Shown here piece after piece: positions 17,753 through 26,785 of a stretch of DNA of 64,000 nucleotides. The notes beneath the pieces were generated by a model that saw only the letters and a list, made by a program, of their open reading frames with translations, had not been told where the DNA came from and ran no database searches. Source of the DNA: Terriglobia bacterium (GTDB lineage: Bacteria > Acidobacteriota > Terriglobia > Acidiferrales > UBA7541); assembly GCA_963788335.1 (NCBI GenBank), contig CAWBGM010000005.1, forward strand, positions 45,275-109,274, written 5' to 3'. The position numbers and the translations under genes are program-made. Position 1 is the stretch's first letter. Every line of letters begins with the position of its first letter.

Positions 17753-20700
17753 CTAGAAAAGAACCTTCAGGCCGAACTGAATAATGCGAGGTCCGACGCT
17801 GGTGTTGGAGATCGTTCCCGAGCTGGAATTGGAGACGTCGACCAGCGAAGCCTGCGGCCCGCAGCAACCGCCTTGGCCGATGGAACCGAATTGCGGGTGA
17901 TTCCACACGTTGAAAAATTCCGTGCGGAATTGCACGGCGAAACGCTCGTTCACCTTTGTTTCTTTCAGGATCGAAGCATCGAAGTTGAATTGGCCGGGAC
18001 CAAGGAGAATCCCGATTCCCGTATTCCCGAACAGGGTGGCGCAGGTTGGGCACGCCGTCTGGGTTGTAACTGTGACGCCGTCCGGCATAATTGCCGGCGC
18101 GGCGCAGAAGGCTTTCGGGTTAAAGAAACCGGGACCGCCGCTGGCTCCTCCGAGGCGCTGTGAGATGCCGCCGGAAGACGCGATATTTGCGTAGGTCATA
18201 CCGGGACAGAGCTGCGCGCGGCCGTTGTTTCCGGTACCATTGCCCTGAGTGCCATAGGCCGAGCCAGCGTTGCTGTCCACGAAAGTAATGGGATTGCCGC
18301 TTTGAATCGTAGTCACGCCGGAAACGCTCCATCCGCCGAGCACTTTGTCCATGTAGCCCGTGTGCTTGCCGAATGGAAGATTCCAGTTGTAATTGATGAC
18401 AAACCGCTGGGGACGGCTGAAGTAAGTCGGTCCGTACTGTTGCGCGAGATTGCCCGCCACGTTGCTGTCAGCCCGATCTGAAATTGTATCCGACAAGTTC
18501 TTGCTCCAAGTGTAGGCGCCCTGAAGCGACAGCCCGTGGGTGAACTGCTTTCGCACAGTCATCTGCAAGCTGTTGTAACTCGATCGTGCGTTAAACTCCG
18601 TGACCGCCACACCGGTGGGTTGATAGCCGAGGTAAGGCACGCGGAACGCCACATTTGCCGAGGTCGTTGAAGTAATTCCGTTCACAGGATTGCTTGCGCT
18701 GGCAATGGACGCGGTGTTCAAGTTGTGCTGGTTGTCCGTGAGGTTGATGCCGCTCGAACCCACATAGGCCGCCTCCAGCACCCAGCCATGGGCGAATTCG
18801 TACTGCAGGTTCAAGTTGTATTCCCTGACGAGCGGTGTATGAAGAATTGGGGTCACGCCCAGGACAGACAGATTCGACGAAGTGCACCCGGCGGGTAGGG
18901 GATTGCCGTTACAAGTCGCGGGGGCGCTGGAAAAGCGCTGGGGAAAGGTTCCGGCCGCATACGTGGGAAAAGGCTGCTGAAGCGTGAATGAACCGGCACT
19001 GGATGGGCCATAGTCCAGCGTTCCCGCATACGGGTAATTCTGTTCAATTCCCATGAAATACGTGCCTGCGGGGACTCTATCATAGAAGAGTCCGAAGCCT
19101 GCGCGAGCCACGAGCTTGTTCGTGAGTTTGTAGGCAAGACCGAGGCGCGGAGCGAAGTTGGTCAATGGCGGCCGCTTTTGCAGCGGGCCCGTTCCGGAGG
19201 AATTGACGAGAACGCCGGCGGGAGGCGCCGAATAAAAGTTCAAGTAATTGGGGGCAACGACGGTCCCTTGATAATTGGCAGGCAGATTGGCCGCCGAAGT
19301 AGGAACCTGGGAATTGGGAGCAAGCAGGCTCGGCCAGACGTTGGTCAAGTTGCCGTAGCGGTCGGAAAAAATCCCGTTGTATTCCCACCGTACTCCGGCA
19401 TTGACGGTCAACTTCGAGTTCACCTTCCAGTCGTCCTGGACAAAGCTGTCAAGGTTAGTTGCACGGTAACCGTGGATGATTCCGCCTGAATTAAAATTCG
19501 AGCCGGAAACGCAAACGACGCACTGGAAAATATTTCCGGGCACATTGGCATCCAGAAAGTTGCTGAAGCTGCCAAAGAAGAGCCACCCGCGCTCAAGGCC
19601 TGGGAATTTGAAATTCCACTGTCCTTTTTCAAGTTCAAATCCGGCGCGTATCGTGTGCTTTCCGTGGGACCAAGAAATTTGATCTGCAAATTGCATCTGG
19701 TTGGTTGGACTTTCTTCAAAATCCAGGAATCCGCCCACGCTGAACCCATTCATGAGGAAAGAAATAATCGGGGCATATGCCACGCTGGGAACAATGGGCG
19801 TGATGCCCAGGTTCGAGGGGGTGTAGCCGGTGGGGAGCCCGTCCACCTGATGCGAATACAGACGTTGAAACGAGACGCGTGCCTCGTTGACAAAATTATT
19901 CGTGACGGTGGTGGTCAGCTTGAGGACCGCGTTTGAATTTGTGAATTGGCTGATCTGGGGGGCTCCCGGAGGCGCTCCGCAGACTCCGCAGATGAATGCC
20001 TGCGTGCGCGGACTTCTGTCGTATAGAAACCGCATCGCAACGGTATTTTTCGAGTTCACGATCCAGTCGCCGTTCGCGATGACCTGCTTCTCGTTGAAGA
20101 TCGCGGGAACGGCGAAGGCGAGCGTGCTGCCGAAACCACCGGCGTTGGTCGAGACCGGATTGGTCGGGAAGTAGTAGCTGCCGTCGGCGTTGGTCAATTG
20201 TAAGTATTTCAGAGCGACCGGGCTGACGGTGGTGTTCGAACACGGTAGACCGGGTCCGAACGCCGGCTGGCCGCAATTGGCAGCGATGAGTGCCGTTTGG
20301 AATGCCGGTGTGTTGCGCGACCCAGCGGGAATCACGGGATACGCAGAAATCGAGGAGAAACCGTCCGGGTCAACGCCGTTCTTCTGGTCCGTTCCCTCAT
20401 AGCTGCCGAAGATGAAGAGCTTGTTTTTCTTGATCGGTCCACCAATCGTGCCTCCGTATTGGTTCTGGCTAAGCACCTGCTTGGGACAGGACTTGCCTGC
20501 GTAGGTGGTGCCGCAGGTATCGCGGTTGTAAAAGAAGCCATTCGCATCGAGGACCCCGTTTCGGAGGAACTCAAATCCCGTACCGTGCCAGTTATTGGTT
20601 CCCGACTTGGAGACGACGTTCACGTTCGCGCCCGGGTTGCGACCAAAGCTTGCGTCATACGTGGAAGTCTGAATCTTGAATTCTTCGATCGCGTCGGGGT

Positions 20701-21382
20701 TGATCACCGGAATGCCGACGAAAACGCCGTTGTCGTCTTCCCTTCCCGACGTGCCCATGCTTCCGATGGACACGCCGTCCATCTGAAAATTATTCTGCAA
20801 ATTCGAGTTTCCATTCACATAGATATCAACGGTGGATTTACCGAACGAGGTGGCATTGTTGACTCCGACATTCCCGCCTGCCGAAAGGCCGATAAACTGA
20901 GTGTAATTGCGATTGGCGAGGGGCAATTCGGTCAGGTTTCCCGAGGTCACCGTGGTACCCAGCGTGGAGCTTGACGTCTGTAGGGTTTCTGACTCGCCTT
21001 CGACAGTAATGGATTCGGACTGCGAACCGATTTCCAGGCTGCGATTCAACGCAAAAGTTTCCGTCACGGAAAGCGTGACATCCGACACTTCCGATGTCTT
21101 GAATCCATTCGCCGAGAATTGCACTCGATACACGCCCGGGGGCAACAACGAAAAACGGTAGACGCCATCAGGGCCCGTTGTGACCGTTCGGGCCTGGCCG
21201 GTATCGGCGCTGGTCAAACTCACAGTGACGTTGGCTACGGTTGCATTGGAAGGATCGGTGACGATTCCAGTGAGTCCGGATGTTCCGGCAGATTGCGCCA
21301 GAAGCTTGCTACCACCAACCATGATCAGGAACATACCCAGCACAAGAAAAAGGCACACGCGTAGCGACCTGTTTCGATTCAT
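17753..21382 (-). CDS. TonB-dependent outer-membrane receptor with N-terminal CarboxypepD_reg-like domain (Oar-like)
   Basis: Track ORF 17753..21508. I moved the start to ATG 21382 (MNRNRSLRVCLFLVLGMFLIMVGGSKLLA), which follows AGGAGGAA. The N-terminal region is GLTGIVTDPSNATVANVTVSLT..GVYRVQFSANGFK. A plug-like region follows, then a long Gly/Asn/Tyr-rich beta-barrel ending in ..IQFGLKVLF with a terminal Phe. Confidence 0.85.
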   Translation of the reverse strand: MNRNRSLRVCLFLVLGMFLIMVGGSKLLAQSAGTSGLTGIVTDPSNATVANVTVSLTSADTGQARTVTTGPDGVYRFSLLPPGVYRVQFSANGFKTSEVSDVTLSVTETFALNRSLEIGSQSESITVEGESETLQTSSSTLGTTVTSGNLTELPLANRNYTQFIGLSAGGNVGVNNATSFGKSTVDIYVNGNSNLQNNFQMDGVSIGSMGTSGREDDNGVFVGIPVINPDAIEEFKIQTSTYDASFGRNPGANVNVVSKSGTNNWHGTGFEFLRNGVLDANGFFYNRDTCGTTYAGKSCPKQVLSQNQYGGTIGGPIKKNKLFIFGSYEGTDQKNGVDPDGFSSISAYPVIPAGSRNTPAFQTALIAANCGQPAFGPGLPCSNTTVSPVALKYLQLTNADGSYYFPTNPVSTNAGGFGSTLAFAVPAIFNEKQVIANGDWIVNSKNTVAMRFLYDRSPRTQAFICGVCGAPPGAPQISQFTNSNAVLKLTTTVTNNFVNEARVSFQRLYSHQVDGLPTGYTPSNLGITPIVPSVAYAPIISFLMNGFSVGGFLDFEESPTNQMQFADQISWSHGKHTIRAGFELEKGQWNFKFPGLERGWLFFGSFSNFLDANVPGNIFQCVVCVSGSNFNSGGIIHGYRATNLDSFVQDDWKVNSKLTVNAGVRWEYNGIFSDRYGNLTNVWPSLLAPNSQVPTSAANLPANYQGTVVAPNYLNFYSAPPAGVLVNSSGTGPLQKRPPLTNFAPRLGLAYKLTNKLVARAGFGLFYDRVPAGTYFMGIEQNYPYAGTLDYGPSSAGSFTLQQPFPTYAAGTFPQRFSSAPATCNGNPLPAGCTSSNLSVLGVTPILHTPLVREYNLNLQYEFAHGWVLEAAYVGSSGINLTDNQHNLNTASIASASNPVNGITSTTSANVAFRVPYLGYQPTGVAVTEFNARSSYNSLQMTVRKQFTHGLSLQGAYTWSKNLSDTISDRADSNVAGNLAQQYGPTYFSRPQRFVINYNWNLPFGKHTGYMDKVLGGWSVSGVTTIQSGNPITFVDSNAGSAYGTQGNGTGNNGRAQLCPGMTYANIASSGGISQRLGGASGGPGFFNPKAFCAAPAIMPDGVTVTTQTACPTCATLFGNTGIGILLGPGQFNFDASILKETKVNERFAVQFRTEFFNVWNHPQFGSIGQGGCCGPQASLVDVSNSSSGTISNTSVGPRIIQFGLKVLF

Positions 21383-21994
21383 TATTTCCTCCTGTTGGGC
21401 GACCTCGAACACCCGTGCGGATGTTGAAGCGCCGTACATTCGCGTAAATATCTGAATCTGGACTGGGCCGACTTGATGGTGGGTGGTTTTTATTCCGATC
21501 GGATTCATTTGTCAAGTGAAATAACATGCTCTCCTTCATATTTATTCACGTGTATATATCGAGGTCTGGAGAATTTCCTCATCGCTTGAAGACGCAAATC
21601 CGCAAGAAAACGCACCTTTTCATCTACTCAATGCCCCGCCATCGTGGAAGACTGCCTGCGGAAATGCGTATGCTCTGAGATATCATTGCGGGCTGGGCGC
21701 ACGGTTCGTGCAGATTCCGCGAGGCACGAAAGACGACCCGCGCAATTCTAAAACAAGAGGTACGAATACCAGAGAAGCCGAAACGTCACGCCCCATCGCT
21801 TACACGATGGACTCGTGGCGGAAATGAAGGCGGAAGGAAACCTGCTCACTGTGTTATTTAGATCCTCGACAGGAAACGATGTCGATTGGGCAGTGTTTTT
21901 TTGACCCAGCGCTTTTTTTGTTGTCGAGCGGCGAATGCGCGCCGTTCACGTTTTTTTTGACGGGTAGTGGTTATCTCCAAAGTTAAGTTCCGTG

Positions 21995-22041
21995 GAAAAT
22001 AAACTCTAAACCCGCACCCTGGTAAGACCGCAAGGGTGCGG
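21995..22041 (-). terminator. Rho-independent terminator candidate for 22107..23294
   Basis: On the minus strand it reads ccgcaccct-(12-nt loop)-agggtgcgg followed by gtttagagtttatttt. It starts about 65 nt after the stop codon. Confidence 0.5.
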
Positions 22042-22106
22042 CACCCGGCGCTATTGGTAAAGTCATTACGTGGTTTTGAGGTTTTGATTTCTTAATTCGC
22101 GGCGGT

Positions 22107-23294
22107 TCAGCGAACCAGGCCAACGCCGAACTGATCGACGGTGCGGACCGGCTTGCCATCGGCGAAGAGGATTTCGATAATTTTTTCGCTTTCCACCTGC
22201 CGGCCGAGTTCATCCCTGAGGCCTGTCACAACTTGCTTGGTCGAAGCGTCGATCACGTCGCCGGACGATGGATATGCGTATTTGCCATCGAGGCCGAACG
22301 TGATCCACGAAGGATTGCTGCGGGTGCGGATGCTCTTCATCTGCTTCGGCGGCATCACGGTGTTGTCGAAGATGTGGATGTAGCCGTTCGCCAGGTCTGC
22401 GAGCCAGAGTTCCTTCTCATCGGGAGACAGCGCAATTCCGTGGCTTGGGGTGCTGTGCTCGATGACTCGTTCCTTGGACCACCCGTAGCCGTTCACTTCC
22501 ACGTGTTGGATCACTTCGCCGGTCTTCACATCAGCCATCTCGAAACCCAGCAGGCCGTTGACGTCGGCATAGATCGTCGTGGCCTTTCCATTGATCACAA
22601 ACGGACGGACGTTGTTGCCAAATTTGATGGTCTGCACAATTTCATTCGTTTTCGTGTCGGCGACAACGAGGAGCGGGCCGGAGAGAAACACGCGCGAGCC
22701 GTCGAGGCTGAAGATCGTATTGTGAGGACTCGTCTGGGCTGGCGTTTCGATTCTCTTGATCATCTTTCCCGTCATGGCGTCGGCAACGTAGTAGGCGTGA
22801 GCCACCAGCGCGGGGATGTAAAGAACTTTGCCGTCCGGTGAAACGCCGGGCCGGTCGCAGCAATCGCCATCATAGGTTTGTTCCCAGACCATTTTTTCAG
22901 TCTTGAGATCCATGGCGGCCATTCGGTAATTGGTGCTGAGGTAGAGCATTCCAGTGATTGGGCTCGCGGCAATGCCCTTGATCATTTCGGGATCCTGGCT
23001 GGCGGGAAAATCCCAGGTCGGAATTCGCTTCACGAACTGAAAGTGTCTCCCGACATCGAATACGAGGACTCCTATGCCGCCGTACTGAAGATAGTTGCGT
23101 CTGCCGGGAGTCGCCACGTACAGCAAGTCCCGCTTAACGTTGGCGGGGCGGCGCTGAAATGGCTCGACCTGCTCGGGGCGGTCCATCGAGTTTTGCTGGG
23201 CGCCATTTGCTACTCGCTGGCCCTGCCACAGGATGCCGGCGAAAATCACAACTGGTAAAAATATTGCGAAAATAATCGTCTTGATTCTGTTCAT
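22107..23294 (-). CDS. Secreted/anchored YncE/YVTN-like beta-propeller protein
   Basis: Start moved to ATG 23294 (MNRIKTIIFAIFLPVVIFAGILW, a signal or anchor). The rest has repeated ..SPDGK.LY.., ..D..T.K.. blade-like segments. I saw no catalytic motif. Confidence 0.6.
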   Translation of the reverse strand: MNRIKTIIFAIFLPVVIFAGILWQGQRVANGAQQNSMDRPEQVEPFQRRPANVKRDLLYVATPGRRNYLQYGGIGVLVFDVGRHFQFVKRIPTWDFPASQDPEMIKGIAASPITGMLYLSTNYRMAAMDLKTEKMVWEQTYDGDCCDRPGVSPDGKVLYIPALVAHAYYVADAMTGKMIKRIETPAQTSPHNTIFSLDGSRVFLSGPLLVVADTKTNEIVQTIKFGNNVRPFVINGKATTIYADVNGLLGFEMADVKTGEVIQHVEVNGYGWSKERVIEHSTPSHGIALSPDEKELWLADLANGYIHIFDNTVMPPKQMKSIRTRSNPSWITFGLDGKYAYPSSGDVIDASTKQVVTGLRDELGRQVESEKIIEILFADGKPVRTVDQFGVGLVR

Positions 23295-23662
23295 TGTCTG
23301 CCTTCGCGGTATTGACCGCTGAAAACGAGTCTCGCCGGGCGAGTCCCGGAGAACTTCGCCCAATCCCATTCCGGATTCCTGATTATAAGAAATTCGATTC
23401 GTGGGCCAGCATACAGCCGGGTGGTTCAGAATACAATCTCGCGGCGAAGGCCCGCCACGAAGGCTGTAGCACAGGCACCCGTCGCGGCGAATGCCTCTGC
23501 GACTAAATCGTTGTGACAAATCCGGTCCCAGCGTATGATGCCAAACCGAGAAATCAAAATCAGGCATTACCGATATTCACTCCGTCAATTTAACACTTGC
23601 CGGACAGAGCAATCGAAACGCAATTGATCGACGAAGAGTCATATATCTTGGGAGGAAGTTTC

Positions 23663-25171
23663 ATGCGCAAATGGGTAACCCTCGCACTTTTCGCGGCGCT
23701 GGCAACACCCCTGGCCGCGGCCGATAACAAACCAGGCACGCTGGAAGCGGCGACCGAAGCGCTCGGCGCCGATCACATCCGCTCTGTTGAATTTTCAGGG
23801 ACGGGATATTGGTACCAATTCGGCCAGGAGCCGGACCCGAATGCTCCGCCGCCGCAATTTGCGGTGACCAGTTACACAGCCTCGATGGACTACAACTCGG
23901 CGACTTCCCACATCCAGAGAGTCGCGCATCAATTGCTCGACCCCACGCGATGGCGTCCCGTGCCGCTTGTGGCGCCGGGAAATGGGGGAGGCGATGGGAA
24001 TCAGGAGTTCGTGGCCGGAGGCATTGCATGGATTCTCGGCGCGCCCGGGGGGCCGGCGACTGGATTGGCGGCAACCGCCATTACGGACGCTAAAAATGCC
24101 GAGGAACGCACGATGGAAATCTGGGCGACGCCGCAAGGTTTCCTGCGAGCCGCCGCAGTGAATCATGCCACCACTAAACCCATCAATGGTGGCGGCACCG
24201 AAGTAACTTTCCTAATGGGCAAGCATAAAGTCATCGGGAAAATTAATGCGAGGAACGAAGTGTATCTGGTGTCCTACTGGATTGATAACCCCGTACTGGG
24301 CGATATGTTGTGCCAGGCCGGGTTCACCGAATACCGCGACTTCGGCGGCATCGTATTCCCTGCTCACCTGGTCCGCGTGATGGGCAACAAAGTACGGCTC
24401 GACCTCAACATCTCGTCCGTGAAACCCAACGCGCCTGTCGTCATTCCTGTGCCTGAGGGAATGCGCGAAGCCCAGACCGCCCCTGTGAAGGTCACCGCGG
24501 ATAAACTCGCGGATGGGATTTACTGGCTCAAGGGATTTCAGTGGCACAGCGTCGCCGTGGAACAGGGCGATCACATCGTGATGATCGATGCCCCACTCGA
24601 TGAAGATCGCTCGCTCGCCGTCATTGCAAAGACCAAGGAGTTGATCCCGAACAAGCCGATCACCTACCTGATCAACACTCACGCGCACTTCGATCACGCG
24701 GGCGGCGTGCGAACCTATGCCGCTCAAGGCGCGACCATTGTTGCCCATCCAATAGCGCAGGCGTTTTACGAGCGGGTGTGGCGCAATCCGCACACGCTGA
24801 ACCCGGACCTGATGGAGACTTCGAAGAAGACCGCCAAATTTCTGACCGTCACCAACGGCAAGCTCGTGCTGAACGATCCCAAGCGCCCCGTGGAAATTTA
24901 TGAACAATTGAATATGGGGCACAGCGATAGCATGGTCTTTGTGTATTTGCCGGTGGAAAAGTTCCTGGTTCAGGCGGATTCGTGGAACACGGAAGCCCTT
25001 AGCGCTCCCAGGCTGGACACCATCGGCGGAGAATACGTGAACCCGTACAACGTGAATCTGTACGACAACATCGTGCGTTTGGGTCTGGATATGCGCCTGA
25101 TGATTCCATTGCACGGACCTCGCACGACGACGATGCAGGAACTGAAGGACGTCATTCTGCTGCCGCAATGA
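23663..25171 (+). CDS. Secreted MBL-fold metallo-hydrolase, tandem copy 1
   Basis: The start context is gggaggaagtttcATGcgc, and the signal is MRKWVTLALFAALATPLAAA. The metal motif is INTHAHFDHAGGVRTY, with a later His in PLHGPRTT. Confidence 0.85.
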   Translation: MRKWVTLALFAALATPLAAADNKPGTLEAATEALGADHIRSVEFSGTGYWYQFGQEPDPNAPPPQFAVTSYTASMDYNSATSHIQRVAHQLLDPTRWRPVPLVAPGNGGGDGNQEFVAGGIAWILGAPGGPATGLAATAITDAKNAEERTMEIWATPQGFLRAAAVNHATTKPINGGGTEVTFLMGKHKVIGKINARNEVYLVSYWIDNPVLGDMLCQAGFTEYRDFGGIVFPAHLVRVMGNKVRLDLNISSVKPNAPVVIPVPEGMREAQTAPVKVTADKLADGIYWLKGFQWHSVAVEQGDHIVMIDAPLDEDRSLAVIAKTKELIPNKPITYLINTHAHFDHAGGVRTYAAQGATIVAHPIAQAFYERVWRNPHTLNPDLMETSKKTAKFLTVTNGKLVLNDPKRPVEIYEQLNMGHSDSMVFVYLPVEKFLVQADSWNTEALSAPRLDTIGGEYVNPYNVNLYDNIVRLGLDMRLMIPLHGPRTTTMQELKDVILLPQ

Positions 25172-25224
25172 ACCCGCAACGACCGGCAATACATCATGGC
25201 GTCAAACATGGATTGGAGCGTTTC

Positions 25225-26730
25225 ATGCGCACGTGGATAGCTCTTCTGATTTTGGCGGCCGCGGCCACGACACTCGCGGCGGCCGCCAAGCAATCGGGAA
25301 CCCTTGAGGCTGCCACCGAGGCGCTCGGCGCCGATCACATCCGCTCGATCGAATTTTCCGGCACCGGAAAGTGGTATCTGTTCGGCCAGGAACCCAATCC
25401 GTATGCCCCACCGCCGGAATATGAAGTGACCAGCTATACGGCCTCGATGGACTTCAACTCAGCCACCTCGCACGTCCAGCGTGCCGCGAGAGAGTTGACC
25501 GATCCCACGCGATGGCATCCGGTGCCCCAGGTGGCTCCGGGAAATCCGGGGGGTGCGGGGAGCCAGGAGTTCGTGGCGGGAGGAGTCGCGTGGACTCTCG
25601 GTTCGCCGGGAGGAAATGCAACCGGATTGCCTTCGACAGCCATCTCGGATGCAAAAAATGCCGAGGAACACACGATGGAGATTTGGGCGACCCCGCAAGG
25701 ATTCCTGAGGGCTGCGGCGGCCAACCATGCCACGACGAAGCCGATCAACGGAGGCGGGAGCGAAGTCACGTTTCTGATGGGAAAGCACAAAGTCATCGGG
25801 AAAATCAACTCGAGGAACGAAGTCTATCTCGTGTCCTACTGGATCGATAATCCGGTGATGGGCGATATGTTGTGTCAAGCCGGGTTCACCGAATACCGGG
25901 ACTTTGGCGGGATCGTGCTCCCGAGCCACATTGTCCGTGTGCAGGGCGGAAAAGTGCGCTTGGATCTGAACGTGTCATCGGCAAAAGCCAATCCGCCTGT
26001 GGTGATCACAGTGCCCGAAGGGATGCGTGAAGCCATGACCGCGCCTGTAAAGGTCACGGTGGACAAGCTGGCGGACGGCGTTTACTGGCTTCGCGGATTT
26101 CAATGGCACAGCGTTGCAGTCGAACAGGGCGATCACATTGTGATGATCGATGCTCCGCTGGATGAGGCGCGCTCGCTGGCCGTGATTGCCAAGACCAAAG
26201 AAACAATCCCGGGCAAGCCGATCACCTATCTGATCAACACACATGCGCACTTCGATCATGCCGGTGGCGTGAGAACCTATGCGGCGCAGGGAGCGACGAT
26301 CGTTACGCTTCCGATGAACCAGGCGTTTTATGAACGCGTGTGGCGCAATCCGCATACACTGAATCCGGACCTGCTGGAGACATCGAAGAAGACCGCGAAA
26401 TTTTTGCCCGTCACCAACGGCAAACTCGTACTGAGCGATAGCAAACGGCCCGTCGAGGTGTATCAGCAAGTCGGAACAGCGCACAATGACGCCATGGTCT
26501 TTGCGTGGCTGCCGGCCGAGAAAATTCTTGTTCAGGCCGACGCGTGGAACACCGAAGCGCTGACTGCGCCGCGCCTGGATACGATCGGCGGCGAATACGT
26601 GAACCCCTACAACGTGAATCTGTACGACAACATCGTGCGACTCGGCCTGGATATGCGCTTGATGGTTCCCCTGCACGGACCGCGCACCACAACGATGGAT
26701 GAACTGAAAAACGTGATTCTGCTGCCGTAG
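25225..26730 (+). CDS. Secreted MBL-fold metallo-hydrolase, tandem copy 2
   Basis: The start context is ggagcgtttcATGcgc, and the signal is MRTWIALLILAAAATTLAAAA. It has the same INTHAHFDHAGGVRTY motif and is collinear with copy 1 at high identity. Confidence 0.85.
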   Translation: MRTWIALLILAAAATTLAAAAKQSGTLEAATEALGADHIRSIEFSGTGKWYLFGQEPNPYAPPPEYEVTSYTASMDFNSATSHVQRAARELTDPTRWHPVPQVAPGNPGGAGSQEFVAGGVAWTLGSPGGNATGLPSTAISDAKNAEEHTMEIWATPQGFLRAAAANHATTKPINGGGSEVTFLMGKHKVIGKINSRNEVYLVSYWIDNPVMGDMLCQAGFTEYRDFGGIVLPSHIVRVQGGKVRLDLNVSSAKANPPVVITVPEGMREAMTAPVKVTVDKLADGVYWLRGFQWHSVAVEQGDHIVMIDAPLDEARSLAVIAKTKETIPGKPITYLINTHAHFDHAGGVRTYAAQGATIVTLPMNQAFYERVWRNPHTLNPDLLETSKKTAKFLPVTNGKLVLSDSKRPVEVYQQVGTAHNDAMVFAWLPAEKILVQADAWNTEALTAPRLDTIGGEYVNPYNVNLYDNIVRLGLDMRLMVPLHGPRTTTMDELKNVILLP

Positions 26731-26785
26731 TACAGTTGGTGCAAAAAAGAACTGCTCGGACCTCTTACACATGTTGGAGCGTTTC

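Noticed and set aside
21674-21679. CTGAGA hexamer (the TPP-riboswitch core motif) in the long gap upstream of the TonB receptor
   Set aside because: It is on the wrong strand relative to the receptor gene. The flanking GGGG..ACCC and downstream pyrophosphate-sensor helix sequences are absent.
25168-25224. Upstream ATG at 25168 overlapping the stop of MBL copy 1 (ATGA), which would suggest translational coupling of copies 1 and 2
   Set aside because: It would add 19 residues (MNPQRPAIHHGVKHGLERF) in front of the signal peptide. All three copies instead share the ..GGAG..TTTCATGCGC start context at the internal Met. The same reasoning applies to the track starts at 23597 and 26771.
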